A stretch of 64,000 bases of DNA from assembly GCA_001643675.2 (NCBI GenBank), contig LSRY02000008.1, forward strand, positions 372,001 through 436,000, read 5' to 3'. The notes beneath the pieces were generated by a model. It searched no databases, was not told the DNA's origin, and saw nothing but the letters and a program-made list of their open reading frames with translations. Every line of letters begins with the position of its first letter. Position 1 is the first letter of the stretch. Shown here piece by piece: positions 31,301 through 44,030 of this stretch. This DNA is from Monocercomonoides exilis PA203. Its lineage: Eukaryota; Protista; Preaxostyla. A program made the translations under genes and the position numbers.

Positions 31301-34060
31301 GCACAGTTCTCTATGTTCTGAAGTTGCATCTGCATTCCCAAAGGAGTCAGACGAGCTGCGCTTCCTTGCTTGTTCATTGCTCCAGTTGGAATAAGCCCTT
31401 GAATTCTCTGAATTCCCTGTGATTGCATAAATTTCTGTTGAACTATTCCCTGATGAGAATTCAATGGAACTGAAACTGAACAAGAACCAGAAGAAGAGCC
31501 AGTAGACGGATTCAACAAGGGAGGAAGAGAAACATTCACTCCGCTAACTTCATTCACATCAGTCATCCTTCTTCCTCCATCACAGATGCTTCGAGTCTCC
31601 TTCAGCAGGATCAGGTTTCTTTTGTTCTCTCTTGATGTTCATTTCATGGCAGACATCGTTGGAATGAGGTTGTACATCCAAAACGCTTCTCTCTTCTTCT
31701 CCTTCTGTAAATCCTTATCTTCTGCTCCACTTTTGCCTGCGCTGCTATCTTTCAGTGCCTGTTTCGTGGCCTCATTGAGCTGAATGCAACTGGTTAATGT
31801 TCGTGACTGCAGTGTTGACGCAGCAGCTGCTGAAAGCGGGTCTGCAGGCTGCCTCGCCAGCTCCAACAGAAACTTCTTCTCTTTGTTTCTCGCTTTTTCC
31901 AGGACGGGGCGGAACTGCACAAGTCGAGAGGCTGTCTGAATGCCCTGCGACTTCGTCATGCGCTCAATGACACTCACTCTCGGTGGCTTCTTGCGGATGC
32001 TTGGCTGATGCGGGGCAATTGCCAGTGAGGAGGAAGATGAAGATTGAGAAGGCATTGGAAAAGAAGAAGGAATTCCTTTGATTGTTCCAAGTTGAGAGTG
32101 CTGTGTGGAGAGTGAGGCGATGATGGAGTGATCATCAATGCCGCCTAAGTTAAAGTTGAAGGCAACAACAGAAGATGAAGAAGAAGGTGTACCATTCACA
32201 GAAGATGAACGGCATGTCAAAGAAAAACGATAATACAAAAAGATTTGATAATATTCTGAACTTGCACAAACACAATTAATGGATGAAGAAGATGAATAAT
32301 TCTGATCTGAAATTGAAGAATTTGAGATCGAAGAAGTGAAGATTGCTTTCTGATGTGGAATTGAAGTGAAGCGTCAACGAATTGTGCGTCTATTGGTGCA
32401 TGCAGCTCCACAATACACACACATTTCCCTCCTTCTGCAACCTCTCCTCTGATCGGCTGAATCGTCTCAACATGTGACATGATCAGCAGATGGCTTTCTT
32501 CCTCGTCAAACAGAATGTCACTCTTCTCTCCTTTTTCGAATGCTCTCTTCTACAGCGCCGTGTGCCTCCTCACAAGAGAACATTCCAGACAAACCAGACT
32601 CCGCTCCATGTCTCCGCTAGCCACACTTCCAAAGCCAATTCGCTCATGTGACAACAAGCACAGCTGTCCGAGCAGCGGAGAAAGAGGGGCTTAAATCGTT
32701 GTCTTTTTCTCATCTGCTAGCAGCTCTGCTTTTTCCTTTGCGATAAAGTCGTCGCTTGTCAACAGCGCTTGCAGCACTGGCTCCATGTGCCTACGATGCT
32801 TTCTATTTCATTGCTTCTTCCTCTTCACCTGAGCCTCCTCCAACTGCGCATATATTCATCCCATTCATTGCGCTGTATCTAATTCCCAGCTTGATCGGAA
32901 TCCTAACCAAATGACCTATTTTCGTCAGCGGATGGAAGCTCCAGAATATCATTTGCTTCCCAAAAGCCGGTGCAATCCCTCTCATGGCAGGGCACTCAAA
33001 CAGAGTGAAATCAGTTGCCGACGCATTCAGACGCTCCACTTCAGTCAGGTTGAGTCAGCAGTCAACGCTTGTCCCTCCTTCATTCTGAAGCACGATTGAC
33101 TGAATCTGCATATTCACTTCGCAGATTAGCACCTGTTCCAAAAAATGCATTGCAATCTTCTCTGCTCCTCGCCCGATCTCAAACACAGCATGCTCATCTG
33201 TGAAACTCAACGTTTGCAACGCAATCTTCAAAACGTCTTGCTTCCCAGCGGAGCAGCACTTTAATAGAATGACAGGTGCAGCAGATTCTGTAGCAAGTGC
33301 ATAGCAACCTCTGTGAAGATCAGCCCATCGAAGTAATTGAATGTGTCATCGTCAGGTGTAAGCTCGCGGGTAAACGCGTTACTCAACTGGTTCAAAGACA
33401 GCTCTTTTCACACAATCACCTTCTACGTGTTGTGGAGGTGCACGTCCACAACAGCCGCGGAGGGGAGGATCCCCAGGCCAGCCACCACACACAATGCAGT
33501 TTCGTTGTGTTTGAATTGTATTCATAACATTTCGCCGGTTTCTTGCTCTTCTTCCCTACTCTGTAACAATAAAGAAGAAGCAGGAGAAATGCTAACAGAT
33601 TGTAATGGACCGTTAATTCCTCTGTCAGCGTTGAATTTCTCTGGACATTCGCCTCTTTTCTCTTTATAATTTCAATCACACGCACAACACGGCAAGTGTA
33701 CATGTACAAAGCAAAAAGAGGGAAAGCACTTAGATTCTTTTTTATGATCTTGCTGATATGACTCCCATTTGTGACTGGACCGACTGAACAGGCAGAGCAG
33801 TTATAGGAGAAGCAGACGATAATGGAGATAAATCAGCATTGCGTGTTTTGAGAGAACGGAACGAAGGATCAGGCAAAGAAGAAGGAGAAAAAGAAGAAAA
33901 AGCAGAAGAAATGGAGGTTAAAAATGATGAAAGATTCATCAAATTATTTGACATTAATGAAGAACATTTTGGAGTGAAAAAGATGAGGAAGAAGAAGCAT
34001 AAAAGAAGACATGAATCATATTTGAATTTTGCTTATCAAAAAGCAAAGTTACTTTCCATG
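28318..34060 (-). pseudogene. Decayed Ser-rich multi-kb gene (unit A)
   Basis: Chain of minus-strand ORF fragments (33742-33954, 32803-33039, 31639-32238, 31048-31566, 30761-31057) broken by stops; no recognisable domain. Confidence 0.45.
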
Positions 34061-34310
34061 AAAATCAAATTTTTTAATTGTTCCATAAACCCATTTCAAA
34101 TTTCAAATTTTTTGGTTGATCTGGAATTTGCAGAATCGATTATTTTTTCGTTCTGAATGGTATAAATGATATAAAGAAGTGATTAATAAGCATTAAAACG
34201 ATTTCTGCAATTGTCCTTGTAATGAAAATCTTTCATTGATCAATAAGATCAAAGTGAACATTTTTCAGAATGATTATTTTTAAAGACATATATTCATAAA
34301 TATTCTAAAT
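34030..34310 (-). promoter_or_regulatory. Upstream region of unit A, homologous (inverted) to 39600-39880
   Basis: 34090-34135 is a near reverse complement of 39774-39818. Both copies carry the internal inverted pair TTGCAGAA...TTCTGCAA at similar spacing. Confidence 0.5.
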
Positions 34311-34845
34311 TCTTAAATTTCAATTGATGAAATAAATTTTTGCTGTTTGTTATTTGTCATTATCGAAAAAAGAATATTTTGAAAAAACTTATCATTTTCC
34401 AGAAAAATAGTTTAAAAAAAATCCTATTTTTGCTTTCGTCATTTTATTTTAAATAAACACAAAAATAACTGTTATATTTATTAAAATTTTGATTGAGATA
34501 GTAATGTTGATTTTTTGTTTTATAAATGATATTTTTTATATTTCTTTTTAATAATTTTTTTTATGTTGTTTGATGTTAATATAATTTTCTGATGATGTGG
34601 AAAAGGAAAGAAGATTAGGTCAGTGTGGACTTGTAGACAAATTTCATTAGGATAATCTTGCGTAATAAAAAAAATTTTTTCCGAAGCTCTTAGAATATTT
34701 ATTTTTCAATTTTTCATGGAATAAACACAAAGCCCAAAAAATATTTAAAAAAATAAAAAAAAAAAAAAAAGAATTATAAATTCAAACAACAACATATAAA
34801 TTTATATTACCATCAAACCATAATTAAAATACTTTCAAAATAAAA

Positions 34846-37800
34846 ATGCCTTTTTCAAAACCTCAATCAACTCATAATTCTCGATGCAAAGTTATTTGGA
34901 ACGAAATTAAACGAATTGGCGGAGATGACGTTGATTCATTGCTCGTCTATCTCTTTCACAACTACAGGCAATCATCTTCTGTTATTAACGATTTGCTGAA
35001 GTCTTTGAATGGTTTGGCTTTTATTATTTGGATTGAGTGAAACATGTCATTTCAACTCTCTGTTATTTTTTTCTATTTGATTAGTTTATTATTATTATTT
35101 TTGAAACAGAATATCACATAAAGCTGCTGGAAGACCTGTCTGTGGTGTACAACAACACTCCGTTGCGCACTCAGACAACAATGCTACAAGCGCTTTCCCG
35201 CAACACATCATTATCCGATTTACAGGACTATGGATATAATGTCACAGAGGGAAAATTTATTTACGCGAAGCAAACGCTGAAGAAGAATCAAGGTTTTATC
35301 ATTCCGCCACAAAAACCTCACCTTCCGTCTTGCAAAAGTGGTTTGTTTTTATTTTAATTTTTTTTGTATAATTTTCTCTGTTTATTATAGGTTTAAATGA
35401 ACAGGACTGGGAAAAGGGCAATAACTGGATGTTGGCTCATTCAACTGAAGCCTCAACTTCTCTACAATCAGCAAAGAAAGTGCAGCGAGCTGTACCAGAT
35501 TACGCCAGATTTATTGACGAAGCAGCTTGGGATGAAAAAATTGTTACAGAAAACTCTTCATCAAAGAAAAAACAATCTTCTTCATTAGATAAATCACATC
35601 GACAAAATAAAAAATCATATATTATTTCAGAAAAAAATTCATCTTCATCTAATCCTTCATCGTCTGAAGCTGTTGATGCACCAATCAGCACTCCAATAAG
35701 GAGAGACAGGAGGTCAACAAAAAGAAAAACAAATAAATCACATCATAAACGTCATTCTTCTCCTTCACCAATTCCAATTCACAAACTTTTCAAACAAAAA
35801 ACAACATCTTCCTCTTCTTCCTCTTCTTCCTCTTCTTCCTCTTCTTCCTCATCTTCCTCATCTTCCTCATCTTCCTCATCTTCCTCATCTTCCTCATCTT
35901 CCTCATCTTCCTCATCTTCCTCATCTTCCTCATCTTCCTCATCTTCCTCATCTTCCTCATCTTCCTCATCTTCCTCATCTTCCTCATCTTTCAAAAAGAA
36001 ACAAAATGAAAATATACATTCTTCTTCCTTTGAAGAACCTTCAACTTCCTTTTTCAACGATGATGTGTGTGTCAGTGATCAATTAGTTGAATATGCCACT
36101 TCACCAAATCTTATTCCACATCAAGCACTTCAAAATCTTCTTTCATCATTTTCAAAAGACAATGACACTTCAACACTTCAACAACAAAGCATTCAATCTT
36201 CAAATAATGAAATATCTATTCAAAATAATTCTTCAATAAATACTTCAAAAAAGAATACTAAAGAAAATTCAATTAAAAATCATTTTTATTCTCAATCTTC
36301 TTCAAATTCAAAAAATTCTTCAAATAAATCATCACAAATAGCGAAAGGATTGCCAAACTTAGGCAACACATGCTATTTGGCTTCTCTTGTTCAATGTTTC
36401 TCTTCAATAACAATACAAAAACCATCTTTAATCAAAAAACAAACAACTTTGAAGAACATATCTTCTCGTGTTTTAAGTGTTTGTCAACAACTGGCAAAAG
36501 ATGGAACGACAGTGCGTTCATGGGTCCCTTCTCTTATTGACAAATGGGAGGATTTCTGCAACTATGGCAGCAGACAGCAGCAAAACGTGGCTGAGGCATT
36601 TGACAATCTTCACCAACTTCTTCTTAAAGATGAGTTGATAAATAAGGACATCTTCAATCCTGTTTTAATCACTCATCTCAAATGCCAAAAATGCAAAAAA
36701 ATATCAAACCGTTTCGATGAAATGTGAAACAATATCGTTATCAATTCTTCTTCTCCTCACAACTGTCTATCATCTCTTTTTGCGACTGAAGTTTTAAATG
36801 GAAAGAATAGTGTTTATTGTGATGCACGCAAGGATAAATGCTGTTCTGCGAGATGGGAGGAAATGGCTGCATTTCCAGAGGTGCTGGCCCTCTGTCATGA
36901 ATGCACTGATTCTGCTTGTTCTGCATCTTCGATAACGCTTCTGATTGTAACTGATCGTGTTAACCAGCGCACTTTCTGCAAAGAGTTATCAACAGAAAAC
37001 ATTCAACTTTTTCAAAAAGATAATCAGGAAACGATCATTTATCAACTTTCTGGACAAATACTATTCAAACGTTTGGATCAACAAAACGGACATCACATCG
37101 CAGTTGTGAAAAGGAAGACAAGAAGTGATGTATTGTGGAATATTTGCAATGATGAAAGTGTTTCTGAATTTGATAAAGATAATTGGAATTCATCATGGAA
37201 AGATCTTTTCTCCCAGGGTTACACACCTTCACTTTCATTCTATATCAAAGAAAAAACAAAGCCAACACTGTCTTCTTTTCAATTTGGTGGTTCCTCCTCT
37301 TCTTCAGAAACATCAAATAACAACACTTTAAATAACACATCAACAACAACAACAACAACAACATCGTCTCCATTCATCACTCCACCTCATCGTTCAACTT
37401 CCATTCCTCCACTTTCTTCGTCAATTTCAACAAGTTATGGATTGGAAGCACTTTAGGAAAGAAGAAAGAAAACGGGCATCTTTTCTCCCAATGAAAAGAG
37501 ATTAATCTTCAAGCCCAAGACGAAATTATGGAAAGAGTTTACAGATGAAACAAACATCAAAGTTTCATTATCTCACTTCAACAAACTCACCACCAACTTC
37601 TCCAAAGCAAAAAGACGAACTGACCTTTGTGGAATGTGTGAAAAGTTGGATTATTTGGAAAACAAATAAAAGTCATCCCAAAACAAAAATGGACTGTCTG
37701 AAGCAGAGTTCCACACTCCAAAACTTCTTCGACAACATCGTCTTGTTGCAGAAATGCAACATATACATTATCAATCAACTGTTGATAATTTGAAAGAGAG

Positions 37801-38737
37801 AGAAGAAGTCTTCGTCTTCGACTTTAAAGAGAAATGGAAACTCCCCATCAGAAAAAATCAACTTCAACAAGAATTCTTCAACTGTCAACAAGGATCTCAA
37901 TTCACAATCATCTCTCTTCAAAAAATTAATAATCAACAAATAAAAAAAACTTTCAACTTCTTCTCCGACTTCCTTTCAAATGATCACAGATTTGTTATTG
38001 AGTGTCTGGAATCTATGATCAAAAGACGCTTCTTCACAGACACTCACACTTTTATGTTCTTCTGCGATTCGGGTCCACACAACCGAAATATCTTCCTTCT
38101 TCACTTCATCCTCTCCAAGCAATCAAAACTTCTGAAAAAGAAAAATACTCAACTCAACTTCTTCGCTGAGCACCACGGAAAGAATATTTGCGATGGTGAA
38201 TTTGGTGCGTTAGTTAATGCAATCGATAACAATCTTTCAACTGAACACATCACTACACTTCATGACTTAATCAACTTCTTCGAAAACAATATGAATGTTT
38301 CGACATCTGCTTCTTCAACTTCTCAATCAAACATTTTCTCAACATAATCATCAAACTCTTCACCATCGTCAACATCTGTCAATGACTTTGAGCAAGTTAG
38401 GTACTTTGAAGAATATGTACCATCTCAACAAATCTCATGGCCATCGCTGTCAGTTCCCCACATGAAGGACTTCTTGTATTTTGAGCGCAAAGGCTCATTT
38501 GTCTGCGCATCTGCTGTTGGATATCTTCCTCAACGCTCTCTGGTTGCCCTCGAATCTTCGACAATGAAAGAAAAAGTGCAACGTTCAAGAAAGTCATTTC
38601 ACTCTGATATCACATCATCTAACTCTTCTCTTCTTTCTCAATCTTCTCAAGATCTTCTTTCAAGGAGATTTGAGCTTCTTCTTGAATCTTCTTCTTTTAA
38701 TGAATCTCAAAATTGTTCTTTTGGTGTCCCCTGTTAA
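34846..38737 (+). pseudogene. Sola-type (Sola2-like) DDD transposase with an in-frame ubiquitin-specific protease (peptidase C19) domain; 2 introns, 4 premature stops
   Basis: Exons 34846-35011, 35110-35340 and 35391-38737 join in frame via GTTTG..AG introns. ORFs 35429, 36863, 37754 and 38462 share one frame, broken only by TGA 36725, TAG 37454, TAA 37667 and TAA 38345. USP motifs: GLPNLGNTCY, QQQNVAEAF, EVLNGKNSVYC, GHHIAVVK..WNICND. Transposase motifs: RRTDLCGMCE, FDFKEKWKLP, FFCDSGPHNRN, FFAEHHGKNICDGEFG. No TIR or TSD identified. Confidence 0.75.
35807..35989 (+). repeat. (TCTTCCTCA)n 9-bp array encoding poly-Ser within the transposase frame
   Basis: Tandem 9-mers that preserve the reading frame. 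Confidence 0.95.
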
Positions 38738-38762
38738 GAAACTAGTTGTTGTGCATGCTTAG

Positions 38763-38870
38763 CTAGCACTCGATCGGAAGGGTGCTGGACATGACTGTTC
38801 GTATAAGATACTGCAGCCTTCGGGCTGCTTTATCCGGACCTGGATACGACGAACAGCCTCCCAGGGTCAC
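38763..38870 (+). ncRNA. Candidate structured RNA (hairpin plus three-way junction with cUUCGg tetraloop)
   Basis: Stems: 38763-71/38780-88 (2 G-U); 38795-802/38849-56; GCAGCC-TTCG-GGCTGC at 38813-28; TATCCG-GACC-TGGATA at 38831-46. GC-rich island 25 nt after the transposase stop. Family not recognised. Confidence 0.45.
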
Positions 38871-39599
38871 AATAGTTAGAATACGATTGTTTTCTTGTGG
38901 TTTTTGTCCCTATATTGTCCCTATTATTTAATTGGTTATTGTCACAATAATTATTGTTTTTATCGAGATTCATTAATAGAAAGAGTTATGAGGGAATTCA
39001 TTGATCTTTGAGTGAGATTTTTGGAAGGGAGAGTTGTTGAGAGTGTGAAGTGATATTTTATCATTGTGTCTGTCTTTTTTCTTTGTTGGATTTGATCTTT
39101 TTGAGTCAAAGAGAGAGAAATATCAGAAAGGGGTGAGTGGATAAAAAACAGAGGGAAAATTGACAAGTTGGTTTTTGAACTTTTTATATAAGTTTTCTTT
39201 TTTGTTTGGAATTGTCTTTGATACCATGAATTTGTTGTAATAGTACAGTTTTGTCTTATATCTTTTATTGTTCAAAATTGTTGACATTTTGTCGATATTT
39301 GGTGAATGTTTTATGATTATGTAATAAAACTTTGTTTAATTGAAAGTTGATGAATCTGATTAGAAAATTTCTGACTGTTTTCAATTTTTTTAATGATTAA
39401 CATCATGAAGGATTTTATGTTTATTTATATCATTTTGATTCATGAACGATTGTTATTTTTCAACGAATTTTTTTTTCATTTCACTGACATTTTTTCCGTT
39501 AAGATTCAGACTCTGACTTGAATATACAAGCATTTTCTCCTTGAAATCATTTTTATTTCTTCCATATTGCAATGCCATATATAGAAAACCAACACACTC

Positions 39600-39880
39600 A
39601 AAAAAATTCTTCATGAATTTTAACTTACAGATCAACAAAAAACTTTTTGCCAAAAAATGATCTCTATGAATATTAAAATATTTTCATTTCTTGGGAATTT
39701 GCAGAAATTGTTATAAACCTAATGAAACACTTCAACATTATATAGGAATTATCTTGATATATCAAATGAGCATTTCTGCAAATTCCTGATCAACAAAAAA
39801 AATGAAATTTGAAATGGGATTTCGACGAAAAAAAGGTTTGAAATTATGTGTTTGATTCTCTAATTTTGCTTATTTTTTGC
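39600..39880 (+). promoter_or_regulatory. Upstream region of unit A', homologous to 34030-34310
   Basis: Contains the 15-bp inverted pair GGAATTTGCAGAAAT (39694-39708) / ATTTCTGCAAATTCC (39772-39786) and the block shared with unit A. Confidence 0.5.
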
Positions 39881-40204
39881 AACTTATGAAAAATTCTATC
39901 ATTAAATTTCGAATGCTTTTACTCTTTTCCTCTTCGAAATTCTTTCACTATTATCCAACTGAATCCTGAATAGGATTTTGCTGTTTCCAGTTTCCAATGG
40001 AGTGAAAGCAAATTATTCTATGTTTGTCCTTCAAAACATTTTATATTTTTTTTTTAATTTTTAAATTTAATTTTAATTTTATTTCCCAGTCTTTTATTTT
40101 CTTCTTCTTCTGCTTCGTCAAATGCTGGTTTTCCAGCTTCCTCTTTCCCGATTTCAGGAATTCATACAAAGAATTCTTCATCACCTTTATCTTCTGTTTT
40201 GCTG

Positions 40205-40291
40205 TTGAGTGTGCCAACAACCACACTTGGCAGAACACTCAAAAGAAGTGGAGGCACAGATCGTCCGCTTGAAGGCAAGCGGACGATCTGT
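40205..40291. other. Two adjacent hairpins, one a perfect 16-bp stem
   Basis: ACAGATCGTCCGCTTG-AAGG-CAAGCGGACGATCTGT (40256-40291) and TTGAGTG-TGCCAA..TTGGCA-gaa-CACTCAA (40205-40242). Confidence 0.8.
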
Positions 40292-43200
40292 TATAAAAAG
40301 AACATGCAGAATCAAGGATAGCTCCACCAGAATTTAAATCAGAAGTGCTAGGGCTGACAAACAAGATGGGAGGAAGCGGAAATAACATTAATAATAATAA
40401 TTATTCTAGCAGGAAGAGGAAGAAGCTATTACGTGTGGGGATGGAACAAGTGCCGCTTGCTAATACAAGAGGAAGACCACCGAAGATGCGGAGGAAGAAG
40501 ATGATAACAGCGATGGGGCTGAGTCAGCAGGGGCAGAAGTGCAAAGGAGGAGCAAGTGCAAATGTGACTGTTCAGAATGCGAGGAGTTTAGAGTCAACTG
40601 TTGCAACATCGGAGAGTTAGAGAAAGCTTGGAAACAAAGAGAAAGTGAAAGAAGAGGAGAAAAAAAAGGAGAAAGGAGAAAGGAAAAAGATAAGAAAAGA
40701 ATTATTTCCGTGTTTGACGAGCTTCCTCCAGATGAATTGGAGTTTGGAAGGCAAAGAGGAGCAAAGCGAAGATAGAAAGCGAGCGTGAAATCGAAAGGAA
40801 AAGCATTCCGATCAAAGACAAGTCCGACGATGGGTTCATAAGCTGTCCTGAGTGAGCTGCTTTCGAGAGAGCTGGAGCTGCTGGGTGTGGCAGATGACAG
40901 CATCACATTTGACTCATCTGAATCAGACACGAGTGAGATGAGTGGAAGAAGCAGAAGTGACATTGAGGGGAATGAAGATGACGAGGAAGTGGAAGAAGAA
41001 GAAGAAGAAGAGAAAGAAGAGGATGATGAGGATGAAGAAGAAGAGGAAGAAGAAGAAGACGTGGAGTTGGACAGGATTCTCAGTGCAAAGATCTCTTTGA
41101 CAAGCACACGAGCCAGCCGGAAGACACCGAAAAAGAGCAGATCTGTTTTTGAATATGATGCCTCATCCACATTCAACTCAGCAAAAATGAGAGAAAACAG
41201 CTCAATCGAAACAACATTCAAAGCAGCTGAGATGAAAGAGAGGCAGAAGAGGGAGGCAGTTACGAAGCTGAAGGAGAACGCACTGAAACTGACACATGGA
41301 AGGATCATTCCGACAATCAATCCAACCGATTTTAGACTTTATGCAAATCTCGTGCAGGAAGAGGAAAGCAAGGCAAAGAAACAATAAAGAAAGATCTGAT
41401 CGAGAGAGAAAGAGAAGAGCATGTTCTGTTTGATTCGAAATGAAGAGAGGAGAGAGAGTGAGCGAATGGAGCAGGTGCAGCAGACATTGAAGAAGCAGAA
41501 GAAGACAGTGAAGATGATGACAATGATGATAGCGATGATGATAACAGTGATGTTAGTGATAAAGAAGATAGTTTGGATATAACACGATCTGTCGGCACGT
41601 CAAATGCCGATGAAACAGACAAGGCAGCGGAAAGAAAAGAAGACCCAAATGCACTCCTTGCCCTGCGCTTCCCTCGCTAACAGCCAAAGACGCTTTCATC
41701 ATCCACACAAAAGAACAATCAGAAGAAATCACGTGTAACTTTCTCACACACCTCAACCATCTCCAGTTGAGAGCTCAGTCTAACTCCTCTGCCTCTATCC
41801 CTTCGTTTAGCCAAGCCCACAAAGGTAAATGGAGAGAAAGAGGAAGACGAGAACGCAATTGGCTCAGACGGTAGCAGAGAAAAGCACGGCAGAACCCGCA
41901 CAGAAGACACAGCAATCACAGTTTGGCTGCTGTTTCTGTGTCACGAAGACATCTTGTCTTGTCTGCCATCAGAGCAGCACTCGGCAGAGCAACACAGACA
42001 CACCTCAGAGCAGCTGCAGCGAATGGGTTTGCAACAGCTTGTTCATTAGCGAGTCTGTCTTGTTAGACAGGCATGCAAATGCAAATGGAGAAGAGGAGGA
42101 GGAGTGAATGACTTTGGAAATCCATCTGTGTTTATGGAGAAAGACAGACAGAAGACAGGGCTGGAGACGCTGTTTGTGCGGTCAATGCAGCAGATGGGGC
42201 AGAACGAATACGCTGCTTTACTTCATTTTTTTGGAGAGGCTCTGTTTCATCTTTTCAACCAACTCAAGTCACCGCAGTTTCCAAAGTCCACAACCATTTT
42301 TTCTTCGCACGGCTGTGCGATGAGGGGAAAATTGGCGAATGATGCGAACAAGTTTCTGACCCTGCTATATGGAACGAGGCTGTTCAGCTTGGGAGGAGAA
42401 GATGCAGTAAGAGATACACATCTGGTGGAGGACATGAGAAAGGAGATGAATGGGTGGAGAGGAGAAGGAAGGGCAGCTGTGGAAGGAGGGGACGAGGCAA
42501 GAGGCACAGCTGAGCAGTTCTGAGAAGAGAGGGGAATCTTCAGAACCGTTCCTGCTGTACAGAAAAAGATCAATATGGATTATGGCAATTTCATTTATTT
42601 GGATACAATTTGCAGTGAGTCATTTGTAGTCAATACGAATATAATGATACCTGCTTTTGTTTGCTTCGTCTGTCTTTTTTGAAGATGAGCAAATTCAGCT
42701 TTCTGCCTTCGAAAATGCCATTTTCGTTCTTCCTTAAATAACAGCATGCGTCCCATCCATCGGAGAAACTCTGTTCGAACTGACAAGTCTGACATTTCAG
42801 GTTGCTCCAATGCGCATTGAACAGCCACAGAAAGAAGAGCAGCCTTCGATTCTACCTTTTTCTCTCAAGTTTTCATGAGCGCTTCTTGTCAACGTGTGCC
42901 CTCTCCCTCTTTCTCATCCACTCACTCCAATCGTCCGCACTCTGCTTTCAAAGATGCTTTCAGTATCTTTCACTTCATCTTCCGTGTTCTCCATCCCTTC
43001 TTTATTCACCTCCTTCGTCACTTCTATTTCCATTTCTCAGTCCATACCATCCTCCAGCACAACACCTGCCATCATGTCGTTCTCCACTCAGCCCATTAGC
43101 CCTTCTGCAGCCTCGTCCAATCGCCTGCTGCTTCGTCTGCTGGTCACACGCGCTGCACTCAATGATATTGTCACCACTGATCACAGGCTGATGGTGAAGA

Positions 43201-43844
43201 AGTACTTTTTCCACTTAATATCAGCCATTCTCGAGACACACTATGACCGGATTCCTTCTTCTCCTTCGATGTCTATTTCTGCCTCTCTTATCCAGCGATT
43301 GAAGGCAGTTGGTTTTGCATTCGCAAAACAAGCCACATCTTCTACTCTTGCTTCTGATCAGCAAACATCTGAGCCTCAGTCAACTTCATTAATATTGAAT
43401 GTTACAACAAATGCACAGGATCTGAATGGATCTTCAAACGCTGCTGCTGATGAAGCTAATATAACTTATTTTGGCAATGCGATAAAAGCTTCGGGAACAG
43501 CAAGTGGAAAAGGAGGAGAACTTCCCTGTCAGATTAAGATAGACTAATTCTCAGTTATTCTTCCACATCAGCTGATTACAAACATCTCCTCCTCTCAGTA
43601 ACTATTCTCTTCTCTTTCGAATTCTCCCTCTCCTTCTCCATCTTCTCCGTCATTCACATCAAAAAATACTTGGCATCTTGTAATCCTTCTTCTTCTTTTC
43701 CTTCTTTCCTTCCTTTTCTCCCTTTCATCTCTTTCTTCTCCTTCTCCTTCTCTATCTCCTTCTTCTCTTCGCTTCAAAGCCTTTTCTTCCTTCTCCTCTC
43801 ATTTCTATTTCACTTACCATCGTCTCCACATCTTGTCTTCGCAT

Positions 43845-44030
43845 TCTTCTTCTTCTTCTTCTTCTTCTTCTGTTTCTTCTTCCTCTTCTTCCTCTTCTTC
43901 CTCTTCTTCCTCTTCTTCCTCTTCTTCCTCTTCTTCCTCTTCTTCCTCTTCTTCCTCTTCTTCCTCTTCTTCCTCTTCTTCCTCTTCTTCCTCTTCCTCT
44001 TCCTTTTTTTCTCTTCCTCTTCCTCTTCTT
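43845..44030. repeat. (TTCTTCCTC)n microsatellite
   Basis: Tandem 9-bp and 3-bp pyrimidine units. Confidence 0.92.

Noticed and set aside
36725-38347. Alternative genetic code (TAR=Gln) or readthrough explaining the in-frame stops in the USP-transposase
   Set aside because: Dynein runs 3000 codons without TAR and ends at TAA. The stops are few, of all three types, and Gln is otherwise CAA/CAG, so point decay is simpler.
38763-38870. Hammerhead, HDV-like or twister ribozyme, or SECIS
   Set aside because: Required conserved cores are missing on both strands; kept only as an unclassified structure.
38960-39300. Minus-strand coding-like stretch next to the structured RNA (possible Fanzor or retroelement remnant)
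   Set aside because: Short, interrupted, and lacking RuvC, zinc-finger or RT motifs.
34600-39740. TIRs for the Sola-type element
   Set aside because: Only 7-10-bp chance-level inverted matches (GTCAGTG, TTTCATTAGG) were found, with no TSD.
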